Shown here piece after piece: positions 30,722-43,622 of a stretch of 64,000 nt of DNA. A model generated the notes under the pieces. That model was given only the letters and a program-made list of their open reading frames with translations. It did not search any database and was not told the origin of the DNA. The stretch covers positions 62,001 to 126,000 of the forward strand of contig JALDTO010000158.1 of the NCBI GenBank assembly GCA_023515725.1, read 5' to 3'. Made by a program: the position numbers and the translations under genes. This stretch comes from Amoeboaphelidium protococcarum X5. Its lineage: Eukaryota; Fungi; Aphelidiomycota. Each line of letters begins with the position of its first letter. Position 1 is the first letter of the stretch.

Positions 30722-30840
30722 TCATGTACTTTAGGTGTAAGAATACGCGATAGAAACTAAAAGAGTAAAAAGCACATGCGTAATAAAGTTCTATTGTATT
30801 AAAGTGATCGATCCTTAACTATGGTTGGTATATGGAATTT

Positions 30841-32805
30841 TCAAGCTTTGTTTAGAGTTAGCTTTATCAAACGCTGAGATATATCTTGGCAAACTATCAG
30901 GCGGTTTAAATCTATCGAGTCCACTTCTGTATGATTTTATAGCATAAGATTGCAAAGTATCTCATTGCTGAAAGCCAATTTGAAGTACTCTATACACTTT
31001 TCTTTTTATAGACGCGGAGATTTGGCCATCATCTTTGCAGAGATGAAGAACTTTTATGCAGTTTCTATCAGCTTTGATTGATGACGACGCTCAGTACCAC
31101 CTGCCATCATTTGATTGTGGTACATAGCCAAAGACATAAAGGGAGGAGACGACAGAGACTCGAATGCGCCAAATCTGTACTGAAAAATACTATTCTGTCG
31201 TTACTACTACCACTTACCAGAGACTTGACTTGACTAGCTCAGAAGATAACTATATCCTAAGCAAAGATCCTTTATAAACATTATATCAGCATGGTTGTAC
31301 AATGCATAACTAGTAGTTGCTTCTGGAACTTACTACTTCAACTATATAGCTTTAGAAACAAGATCAGCCTAATGGTGCAACAAAACTCCAATGTACCAAT
31401 AGACAAATGAAAGCTCATTAATCTAATACAGTTCCAAATCAAATCCAAAAAATAGATATTCAATCATCAGTTCCAACTTTAAACAAAGGAGCCACTGCCC
31501 AAACGGATACTAAATAGACTGCCCACGTAAATACTTCTAATCAATCATTTCACCTTGGACTTACAGGGCATCAATGAGCTTAACAATCTTCGGAAGAGCT
31601 CTATGTACACGAGCTTTGTTGTAAAGCAAGACTCGTACAAGATCAGACACCATAAGAACAAGATGGTTCTTAAACGATAACAATTCAGAGGACTATTACA
31701 GCTCTTCAAACTTTATACCAGCGCTAGACATAATATCATTCAAAATGATCCTCTTCAAACTGACTCCAGTCGGTAACGTGGCATTATCCACAAGCCATAA
31801 CTTGATAAGACTTTTCGTTATCGGATGAACAGGAGAATTTCGTGCATTACGCAGCTGTTGTAATAGTTTGGCAATAACTTCTTCGATTCTAGACTTCTCA
31901 GTTAACTGTTTTACAAATACAAGCCACTCCCTGGTGCATGATACAAATTACTCAATGAAGTTATAAAACATTCCAACAGCAGGCAAATTATTTGTACGCG
32001 GTGGGAGATTAGATATTAATTTGGCACTCCAAATCTGATCAAAGCCCTTCACCTATTGCGGCAGAGAGACATCAGTTTGCCGATCTTTTACCACAGTCAA
32101 ATGTTACAACAGTCGTTCGAAATCCAGTTCAAACTACTCGGCACTAGTTTGTATAAACTACTTGGAATCAATCATGTTAGAGAGTATCTGCAAAAAGTGG
32201 AACCATAACCCCAAATGGTGATAAGCAATGTCAGACTAAGGATCGTTCTAAGCTTGCAGTACACGCGTAATGTTTTAAAATCGAATCTCCAATTCTGCGA
32301 TATTATGTTGCATCAGCTTGACACTAAAGAGATTAATAATCACGTCTTCTTCATATATGACGGCAGCAAATTAAAGTAGATCTATAGCCTGAGATATGAG
32401 TGACTCCACAACGTCCAGGAATAGTGTCAGGCAAAGGCAGAGCACGTCATCTTGGCATCGCAATACAAGCGTTCTATCATGGACAAGTGTACACGTCAGG
32501 ACATTCTACGGCAAAGGCTGCCCGGTAAGCCACGACGCGAAACAGCGCTCCATTTGAACGGCAAAACTGATAAACTCTGTCCAATTCTAAGGAACCTAAT
32601 TAGCATGTGCCTAGTTGTTGCCGTCGTTATCAAAATACTCAACCAGAGCCATTCCTGAGTCCATACGCGGATCCATCAGTTCTATCGCACCGATAGCTTC
32701 TTTAAGCTCAAATTCTTCTATATGCAATAATTCCCCGTCTTTAAGCATATTGCACGCCTCGGTAAGCAATTCAGTCACATCCACTTGATCTTTAACTCTG
32801 CTCAT
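30841..32805 (-). CDS. MAK10: NatC auxiliary subunit Naa35/Mak10
   Basis: DVTELL..AC..LKDGELLH...FEL.EAIGAIELMDPRMDSGM; WLLCLKLELMIEYLFFGFDLELY...YWYI. Confidence 0.88.
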
Positions 32806-32897
32806 TTAATGATTAATGATTAATATCAATTCAATCAATAAAAATTAAAATTAAGCTAATTTTTCTTTTCACTCAAAAGAAAAGCCCTATTATAGAA

Positions 32898-33404
32898 ATG
32901 ACGGAATTTAATTATGAGGAATGCGTGGAAAAGGCCAAGAGCATAGCAGAGGAGCTGAGTAAGAAATCTCCTCAAGAGTATCTGCAGGAAGCTGCATAGA
33001 AGAACCTGGAGCGAAAGAATGCACTCAAGGCTGGCGAGTCAATCACCACCAAGACAACGAAGGGTGTTGAGATTACGCGTCAAATGACTTATGGTGGAGT
33101 GGCATGCGACTCTTTCAAAATACCACATAATATGGTGGGATTCATCATTGGACACAAGGGTGAGGCATTGAAAAGGATCGAGATGGAGACACATACGAGG
33201 ATTCATATTGAGCGAGAAGGTGGACCTGAGCGGTTGATCACTATCCAGGGAAAGCCGCACGATGTAGATGCCGCCAGAATCCGTATTGAGGAGCATATGG
33301 AAATGTCTAATGAAAGGTCACGCTAACGCCGCCGTCTTTAAAATTAAAATCACACCTCTCACCATGGTAATAATAATAATAATAATGAACATACTGATGG
33401 ATGA
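32898..33404 (+). CDS. Small single-KH-domain RNA-binding protein
   Basis: FKIPHNMVGFIIGHKGEALKRIEMETHTRIHI...ERLITIQGKPHDVDAARIRI (type I KH with GxxG loop). Confidence 0.8.
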
Positions 33405-33464
33405 AATAATTAAGCAGTCTTTAAAAACTTGAATGTGTATGTACAAATATAATCAGTGAATTAT

Positions 33465-34478
33465 TCATTCAGATACTGCAGCTCTTTCATCTAAAAAGTG
33501 CCTAATCTTGATATAAATTGTCGTTATTGCTAGCACTACAGAGATGGCAATCAGTATAATCACAACCCATTCCAAAGATTCCCCGTGAGATTCATTCAGA
33601 AAGTTGTTAAGCATGTCAAGCATATCACCAATGACTAATGCTCGCTAATTAAGAATAGTCACCCTATTGGAAATCTCCAAATAAGTCTGCATCAGATTAT
33701 AAGTGGGATAGTGTGCAGGTTCAACCCAGAATATGTCAGGCGTGTCAAGAATAGGAGCAATGAGATTCACCTGTGCTCTGACATTAAACAACGTGCCAAT
33801 AGTCCTAATACTCTCCTACCTGCTCATCTTCACTTTGCCAGTTGTCGCCACAATTTTCGGTATATCTTCAACCATCTCCATAGTGTCCATCACCATATCT
33901 TCAAATCGGTCCAACTTTACAGACTGCGCAATAGCCATTGATATCGCCAACTTGGTCATGACACTGGACGTTCCATCAAGAATTATCATATCATGAAGTA
34001 TTCTAGTCGATGACTTTGATGGATCTATAAAGTACTTGAACCGCTCCACCACCATTTACTCCTTGGTGCACTTGTCCAACTCATTATGCAACAGGAGCGG
34101 AGACTCTAGAAATGCAGCCTCTTCCAGCTCTGTAAATGCCCACAGAACAACGACTCCAAACTGCACAAAGAAAATCTCTGGGTATATATCAACATTTAAA
34201 GACTCTGAAGATATATTGTATTACTACTACTACTACTACTACTACTACTGTTACTACTTCAACTAATCATCAGAATGCAGCCTAGTGGCATACACTGCCT
34301 CGTCCCAGCGTTTAATCTTCCATTGCCTCTCCTCCACCAGTTGCTATTTGAGATTCTCCATATCAATTGATTCGCATGTTGAATATGCAGTCACTCTAAA
34401 TGCTTAAGACTTATGTTTATTAATGTCATCAGAACTTTTCTATGTAGTCAAATTAATCCTAACTCGTTTCCTATCCAT
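33465..34478 (-). CDS. RMD1: Rmd1/Sif2-family DUF155 protein
   Basis: RVTAYSTCES, IFFVQFGVVVLW, LAISMAIAQSVKLDRFE, VNLIAPILDTPDIFW, YLEISNRVTILNQR, ESLEWVVIILI. Confidence 0.85.
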
Positions 34479-34631
34479 TATACGATGTGATGTTTTGGTG
34501 TGTACAAAGTATGCAATTCGTGATACTCTTATAAAGAAGAATGAAGAAACGAAACGATCAATGGCTCAATTACTCAATATGGAGAGACATCCTATTAGAA
34601 TTAATATAAATAATTGATCACAAATTTGAAG

Positions 34632-35582
34632 TCATTGAGAGCGAGGACTTGGCGTAGTAAATGTCAGTACAGGATTAGAACTTGTGCGAACGGCTATTTT
34701 ATGCCGGTCGTGGAGGTGATGCGAATGCTCTTTCGGATTCATGACGCGATTATACAACTGCTGAACAATGTCCATATGACTACCAAACTGCTTGTACTTA
34801 TCTCCATATATAGCGCCATAATCACAAGGGAAGTAGTCAACATACTCCTCAGAATCCAGTGATTCCGTACTATTAAATCCAGGTATTGCAGTTTACGGCT
34901 GCGACTACACGTTCAGAAATGGATTCTAGTTGATACCATTGTTGTTAATACTATTATTACTGATAGAGGTATCGTGTTCAAACAGCGGCTCGCCATATAT
35001 CTATTTCATGTCGACGGATATTTTGAGCGTGGAGTTGCTTTTAGAATCTTGCAGTAGGTACTGGCGGGTACTAAACTTGGTGGCTGCAAACTCGGCCAGA
35101 TCAATCACAACTTTACCGTATGTTTCAGCCTTTTTACTGCCAGCAATTTCCTTCTTCACGCTGATGATCATCTCGCACGGCTGCAGAGTGTTGTCGCCTC
35201 TTACAATCAGGATAACGTTGAACACATTGGTGTGGTTCCAAACTACAGCATGGTCTTTCAGAGGCATGATGGGAGTTCGGCCTTTGCTACCAGATTATGT
35301 TATTACACTCATATCATTATTATTATTGATGGTCATGGAACTTTTATCATCCGGAATAAGGGTACTATCAGATATAGAATTCACCGCGGACTGATCAACA
35401 GAGGCCGTTTCAACAGAATGCGCTCGATATGAAATATTTCCCTTCTTGAGCTTGAACTTGCAAAAGAAGAGTCCCTTAATGAGAGGTACATCTGTCAAAC
35501 TTTCAGTAGTTATCTTGGCTTAAAAGTGGACTTTTTATAACTTGCTACCTAAATTATTGAATAATGTTGAGACGGAATTCAT
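34632..35582 (-). CDS. NT-C2 domain protein, FAM102/EEIG1 family
   Basis: KVHFQAKITTESLTDVPLIKGLFFCKF, DHAVVWN, SVKKEIAG...YGKVVIDLAEFA...RQYLLQDSKSNSTLKISVDM. Confidence 0.82.
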
Positions 35583-36219
35583 AGCGATATTCTGCAACAA
35601 TTTTACATTGGTGTAAAACGGAGATAAAAGCTGTCCGAAACAATCAGCTTCGTTGTATGTAGAATTACGCGCTCAAAATTCAAAACTTGTCACTTTCAAA
35701 GATTGCGTAATAGCTTATAGTCGATTAATATATTGATATGCAATTTTTTCACGTAATAGATAAAAAAGAAAGAAGAAGGGAATTGACAGAGGAGTGAAGG
35801 GAATTTGTGGATCCGAACTTAGAATCAAGAATTCACGCTCGCATTCACGCGGGATAACGACATGAATTTCGTTACTTACTACCGGCCACAACATACAGTT
35901 GTACAATTGCCAAGTAAATTTGACCGCTAGTTCTTAAAAGACCAGCTTAAATCCCCAACAATAAAAAGCTGACATTTATTCATCGTTTACAAGTAAGCGT
36001 CAATGTCGAAACGAGCCCCTGAATTTAGCAGACGACGAACAACAGCACAACCTCACCCACGCAGTCGTCATGACTTTTTAAACTTCATCCAGAATCATCG
36101 ACTGGAGAATTACGCGCACTATTTTAATTCCTAGCAAACCCCATAAATAAATATTTCATTTCGAGAACATAGTCTAACAGCAAAATGGTCCTAATGCTAG
36201 TAGTCATAGATAGACTTAG

Positions 36220-36843
<624 letters not shown>

Positions 36844-37070
36844 TCACATTGAAAATAAAAATTTCATCTACTATATTTTATATGCGTTGATTTGTTTTTG
36901 TTTTCACTTGCCTAAATACTTTCACTGCAGAACTGCAAATCAACAGAGATCTCAATCAACCATGTCTGGCGTTTGTTTGATCAATCTTATATCGAGCACA
37001 GTTCTCTCACCATCTTTATCATTTCAAAGTCTACGTTGAAGCAATAAACATTCAAAAAAAGTACATCAAG

Positions 37071-37995
37071 ATGGCATCTATCAAAGGAAGGTAAATGTTG
37101 TCATACGCAAAGTATCATTGTGTATGAATAGCATTGTAGCGATGACAAGGCTAAGTATGTGAAGCGCATCGTCCATGAGACGGAAAAGAATATGGCTGCA
37201 GTGCATCAAGAGCTGACTTCCTATCTGAGGAATGTAGAGAGTAAATTTATAGTATACTAGCATATTGAATTAGTTATTTCCGCACTATGATGAATGTAGA
37301 GCTGAGAGGAAAACGACTGAGCTTAGCTGTGGCGCTAAAGCAGTTCTCTGAAACAGAATCTCCTAATTTGGAAAGTGCACTGATGAGCACGGCTGAGGCC
37401 ATGGTGGACATTGAAGAGTATCGCAAGTACATGGTAATCTAAATATACTTAATTTTTATCTCATTAAACCTGAGTAATTAAATTATGTAGCATGATCGTA
37501 TGCAAATCAAAGTTGCAGAGCCTGTGAAAATGTACAAAACAATATGCACCACATTGATGGAGGAAGTCAAGAATCGAGAGTAGGCCGTGTAGAAGGAACA
37601 GAGGAAGCATGCAGAGCTCGAGAAGACGGCCATCAATGACACTTTGAATAGATAAAAGATTAGTAAAACTTTTTTGGAGATTGAGACTGCCTCCTAAAAT
37701 CTTGTGCACATGAATCATGCTCTGACTGATAATGTTGCCAAGTTCCATGAACGCAAGATTGCGGATGTTAAAAGCATTCTGAACGAGATGATATACTCAG
37801 AAATGTAGTATCACGCAAAAGGTAAGTACAGGTATAGAAATATAACATAACGATTATATTTATGGTGATGTAGCTCTGGAGGTGTTGACTAATCTGCAAG
37901 GAGAAATAGTAGCATTGGACTTTTAAAGCGATTTGGATGATATATTTGATAGAATGCAGGTTGAGCGCTCAGCAAGCATTTTGAATGAATAATGA
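37071..37995 (+). CDS. FAM92: FAM92/CIBAR BAR-domain ciliary transition-zone protein, 4 introns
   Basis: KQFSETESPNL...DIEEYR, KVAEPVKMYKTIC, FHERKIADVKSILNEMIYSEMQYHAKALEV. Introns 37091-37139, 37241-37299, 37434-37490, 37822-37873. Confidence 0.78.
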
Positions 37996-38287
37996 CCATA
38001 AAACTGATGAATTATATAGCGATTGTTTTAATAGAAATCTTAAAACTATATTACTTTGCGTGTTTACCAATCAAATTGTATTACATGTATAAAGTGGGGA
38101 GCCCGACAAAGAACATCTGATGTATCAAAGATCGAGTCCATTATAAATTCTTAAAATTTGCACTTTTTGTATAGCATCATGTTTTAAATTCATCTGCAAG
38201 TTGTGCTTATAAAAAGTCACTGAAAGAGGTGATACGACGGCGCACTAGATATTGAACACGGAGTAAGGGGCTTTTTGAAAAATTAAA

Positions 38288-39430
38288 ATGTTTGCAGTTT
38301 CCATTCTTGCTACGACAGTTATTATCATGATGATGTTGAAATATCTGTCGCTACTGATATTGATTTAGTATGTATTAGCTGTTGATTAGCTTGACCAGTT
38401 TTTGGATGCTGTGGAGCAGGAGCCTGCGCGCCATATCATCGCGTTATAACAGAACGTTGGAGAGCAGCTGATGGCGCTACAGCCTTAGAATGATTTTGGT
38501 ATAACCAATCGCCTGATTGATGTTATCAGAAATTTACGCGTGTCCGATCAGTTATACGCGTTGTTTGTGGGACTGGTAACCTCTGATGCTGGTAGACATG
38601 CTCGTGCTCTTGTCATCAACGCCATGAAATCTCTTCGCTAGACGCGTGATGTACAGTGGGCCTTACAATGTGTCTAAGGCGGTACATGTCGTCTACCGTC
38701 GTTCAAGCGTTACTTTGAGCTACTGCTTGCTGCGGATTCGACAAGCATGGCATTAATTTAGAACTAGATTTTACCTACAATATTAATCATGCTGGCTTTG
38801 TTCATAAGATATGCTAATCCTCGTGTGAATGTAGTTATTCATTTGCTAGTCACCTCTTTATATATCTCATTTATTTTGTTGACGTAATTTATCACAATGA
38901 AAATGGATTTTCTCTATCATCGTAATGCATATGTGATCCTTGTTCGTTTAATTCAAGTGTCTCTGGTGTTGAATGTAATTTAATTTTCTGAGGCAATGTT
39001 GGTCCTTGGTAGACGAACGTATGACATTCGAAGAGGGCGCGCTTTAGGTATTCCGCAAGGCCTTTTCATGCGTAATAATGAGGTGAATTATGGCTGGGGT
39101 GCGCAGTCAACGAGACTTTCTGTAAATGATCATTTTGTTGATACTCAAGCTCCATCGGCTGACGAAGAGTGCTTATTATGCAGAGAGGAATTTGAAGCGT
39201 CAGAGATGGCAAAACGTCCGAGATGTAGTAGAAATATGTATCTGCACAACAAATGTCTTTGCGAGTGGTTAGTGACGAATCCCAAATGCTTCATTTGCAA
39301 TACAAGGGATAGATATTCTGAAGGCCCAAGTGGCGTTCAATAATTTGTGGAAGAACAGAATGCAGAGTAAGCATAGAGACAAGAAGTCGAGTCGTTGAGT
39401 AGTGATGAATAAACCGGAACCTTTGCTTGA
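38288..39430 (+). CDS. Signal-peptide, multi-TM protein with C-terminal RING-like finger (paralog 1)
   Basis: Hydrophobic N-terminus, helical domain, about 3 TM segments, CLLC-x14-C-x6-H-x2-C...W...CFIC. Confidence 0.8.
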
Positions 39431-39945
39431 GTGATGTCATTTTTAAAAGCTGAGTGGCGCGCTGAACATACATATCCTTAATGAATGGAGTAAAATATAG
39501 ATTTCATGATTGCAAATGCTCTCATATTTATGAGTTATCACTTTATTGGTAAAACAAAGAACACCTGAACAGATCTACTATGGTCAACGAGTCCGGCCCT
39601 AGCAGATTGGCTATGGTCATTTCTCAAGTCAACGTGATTTTAACCACAGTAGTTTCTCACATGACTTTTATCTTGTCAATAAAACTCAATTAAAGTAAGT
39701 AAGCAAATTCTGAATACGAAAGTAGATATCAAGCTTCTCTTGTTCGCCGCTTCGATTCAAAATATAGCACTGGTTAGAAAGTTTATGAAGTGACATAATC
39801 AGTTGGTCGGTACTACCGCAATCTACTATACATAAAGTAAAACGATTTCCAAGCTCATTTCTCCATACTTTAGGCGTTTGATCGCTTTTCAGGCAAAAGA
39901 AAATAAAGTGCGGTGACAATAGCATTTTGTCATATATTCATTCAA

Positions 39946-41061
39946 ATGATATTCAATTGTGTCCTGTCCTTAGTTTTGCTTTAATTTGTATTTTCAGTTG
40001 ATTTTCCGGTTGATTAGATTAATTAGTTTCTGGATGCTGTGGATCAAGAGCCTGCGCGCCTTAATGTCGCGTTATAGTAGGACGTTGGCAGGTAGTTGAT
40101 GGCTCTACCGCCTCAGAATGGTATATGCGTTACCAATCGCTTGCTTGAATTAATCTAAAACACACGCGTGTCTGATCATTTGTACGCGCTATTCGTGGGT
40201 ATAGCAACTTCTGGTGCTGGTAGAAATGCTCGCATCTATATCATTGACGTTTTGAAAACGCTTCGCCAGACCCGTGATGTCTAATGGACGCTGCGCTGTT
40301 TGGAAGACGGTGTTTGTCGTTTACCATCTTTAACACGCTACTGGGAGCTACTGCTTGCTAAAGATTCAACAAGTTTAGCCTTGTACTGGAATTAAATAAT
40401 GCCTACGTTTTTTATTATGATGGCTTTGCTCATGAGATTCTCTAATCGCCCTTTGAATGCGCTAGCTCAATTGCTCGTCTCCACTCTATACATCTCCTTT
40501 ATTTTGTATACGACATTACTCACTATGAAGATAGATCTTCCTTATAATCACGACGAACTTGTTGTAATTGCGCGTTTAATGTAAATGAATCTGGTGCTGG
40601 TCGTAATTTCTATTTCTGAAGCATTATGGATTGGAAATGAATATATGCATGACATGCGCAGAAGGCGCGCATTAGGTATTCCGCAAGGTCTTTTCAATCG
40701 GAACAACGAGGTGATTTATGGTTATGGCACCTCATTAACCAGATTGCATGTTAATGACCATTTTGTTGAATCCCATGTTTTATCCGCCGAAGATGAGTGC
40801 TTATTATGCAGGAAAGAGTTTGAAGCGTCAGAGATTGCGAAACGTCCGAGATGTAATAAAAGTATATATCTTCACAACGAATGTCTTTGCGAGTGGTTAG
40901 TCACGAATCCAAAATGCTTTATCTGCAACACTAGAAATAGATATTCTGAAGGTCCAAGTGGCTTCAGATAATTTATGGAAGATCAGAATGCAGATTAAGC
41001 ACAGAGATAAGAAATGGAAGAAGCATAGCCTGATGAAGAATAGACTGAGAATACTATTTGA
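39946..41061 (+). CDS. Signal-peptide, multi-TM protein with C-terminal RING-like finger (paralog 2, tandem duplicate)
   Basis: Colinear with paralog 1 (FLDAV.QEPAR, LRQTRDVQW, RALGIPQGLF, HN.CLCEWLVTNPKCFICNTR). Confidence 0.8.
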
Positions 41062-41386
41062 ATTTAGTCTTATGCAAAGCTATGGTGTTCGAAACGCAAA
41101 TGATTTAATAGATTAAAGACTAGTGGCATAAAACAATTATGTTAATTTTTTTTTAAAATTGACCATAACTGATAAGAGGCAATTTAAAGCGTTTGTCTAC
41201 TTGACTGAAGAGATAATATACACGAAGAGATCGTCAAGTAGTGTATTGTCTAAATTTACCGCAATTATTAAGTGATATTTGGTATCGATTCAACCATAAC
41301 AATCTGGTTAAGAAAGAGGAGATAAAAATAAGGGACACGAAATAATAAACTTGACGCGTTAAATGTATATTACCGATTCAATCAAA

Positions 41387-42025
<639 letters not shown>

Positions 42026-42275
42026 TTATTTATTATTTATATTAAATCCTTGCTTGATGATAGGTATATCCTTAGTGTAGATTGTCCTCAGAATCGCCGC
42101 TACCAGAAAAGTTCAACGCGGCAGGTTTTTGGTTTCGGTTACTGGCGATTGGGTACGAAACGAGCACACGCGACGATTTGTTATAAGCGCCTACGTGCGT
42201 TCTCAGGAGACAGAGCGGAAAGTTCATACGCGCGTTTCAACACTTTCTTTAGTTTGAACTATCGCGCCGTGCACA

Positions 42276-42845
42276 ATGACAGTTGAGAGTACACCTATAA
42301 CTGGTGTCGACCTGGTACCTAGTTCTAAATAGGATGATTTATTACAGCAAAGAGCCATCATTTTACCGTGTCATGTCAAGTTCAACGGTCCTGTTAAAGT
42401 AAAATTTATCTCTTTAAATCGTTTTAATTCCATGTACATCTCACTTGATAATTGCTTTGTAGGCGTCAATGTATTTTCTTGAAGACTCTATGCGAATAGA
42501 TTCCGCAACAACACCTGAAAGTGCATTTGAAGCTCAGTTCCGTGGACGACATCTGAAGGGAGAATAATTAGAACTGGCTAAATTAAAGTTAAAAGGTAAT
42601 TTGTTTTTTGCTTTTATTATATACTTGATTAATTCTTTGTAGGATACATTGTGGAGCAAGAGTCTGATAAGATTCGTGCAAAATATCCCGTTGAAAAGGT
42701 GGTTGTTTATGAACACGATTTTGAGCCTCACATAGCGCAAAATGCTGCACTTCGCTCCCTAAAACTGATGCCCCAACTTTAGAAGGCTATCCATTCAGCT
42801 GTAGAAATTTCGAAAAATGATTGCAACACCACTGATGTATAATGA
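42276..42845 (+). CDS. RNASEH2C: Ribonuclease H2 subunit C, 2 introns
   Basis: ILPCHVKFNGP..ASMYF, AQFRGRHLKG, YEHD..P, KAIH. Introns ~42398-42462 and ~42596-42642. Confidence 0.8.
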
Positions 42846-42938
42846 ATTCACTGTCATTAAATCTCTCATTCTCCCCACCTTTAGGAAATAGAACCGCCCG
42901 CATATCATCAAATGTCTAACAAAATCGGGGCAAGATAG

Positions 42939-43622
42939 TCAATGCTTCTTTCCACCTCCAGATTCTGCAATTTAATCCTTCTAAGAGCTGAATCGGAACA
43001 TTTTGGAGAACTTGCTCATCATTCTATTGGCAGGAGCATTCTAGCGCTTATACGAGTCGATGTATTGAATCTGACGACTATTGAACGCGCCTCGTCGCCT
43101 CTTCCGGATAAAGTCAATGGCATCCAGCTTGTCCACTCCATATTCAATCAGGGCTATGGCCACTAGCACCGGTGCTCTACCAAGACCAGCCACACAATGC
43201 ACGGCGATGCAAGGAGGAGAATCGGGATTAATGCCCTTGAGATTGTCAGTGCTATTTCTTCTCACTTCTTCCTCATCGGATGTAGTCTTGCTAGTACTCT
43301 TGAAGCTTCCAAATCTCAATCTGCACAACTCAAGCCACCGCTTAATCACTTGCGCAGGTGGAGTACCACCATCTTCAAAAGCGAGATCATGAAGTGAGAT
43401 GCCCTCCTTATCCAGAGGTGCAGATGAATAGGATCTTTCACAGACGCGCACTACATCACTCACATTGTTCTTCTTGAATTCTTTAATGTACTCGCCAATA
43501 TTATTGTCAGATGGACAGTCATTGATTATAAACCTCAGCTTTCCATAGCTCAGATAAGAGATTGCAGATGGGGCCAATTGAGCATTTCTACCAGCAGACG
43601 AAAAATTAATGTCCAAAGCCAT
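42939..43622 (-). CDS. PTP4A: PRL/PTP4A-type protein tyrosine phosphatase
   Basis: LRFIINDCP, VVRVCE, FEDGGTPP, IAVHCVAGLGRAPVLVAIALIE, IRKRRRGAFNSRQ. Extends past TAG to TGA at 42941-42939. Confidence 0.92.
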
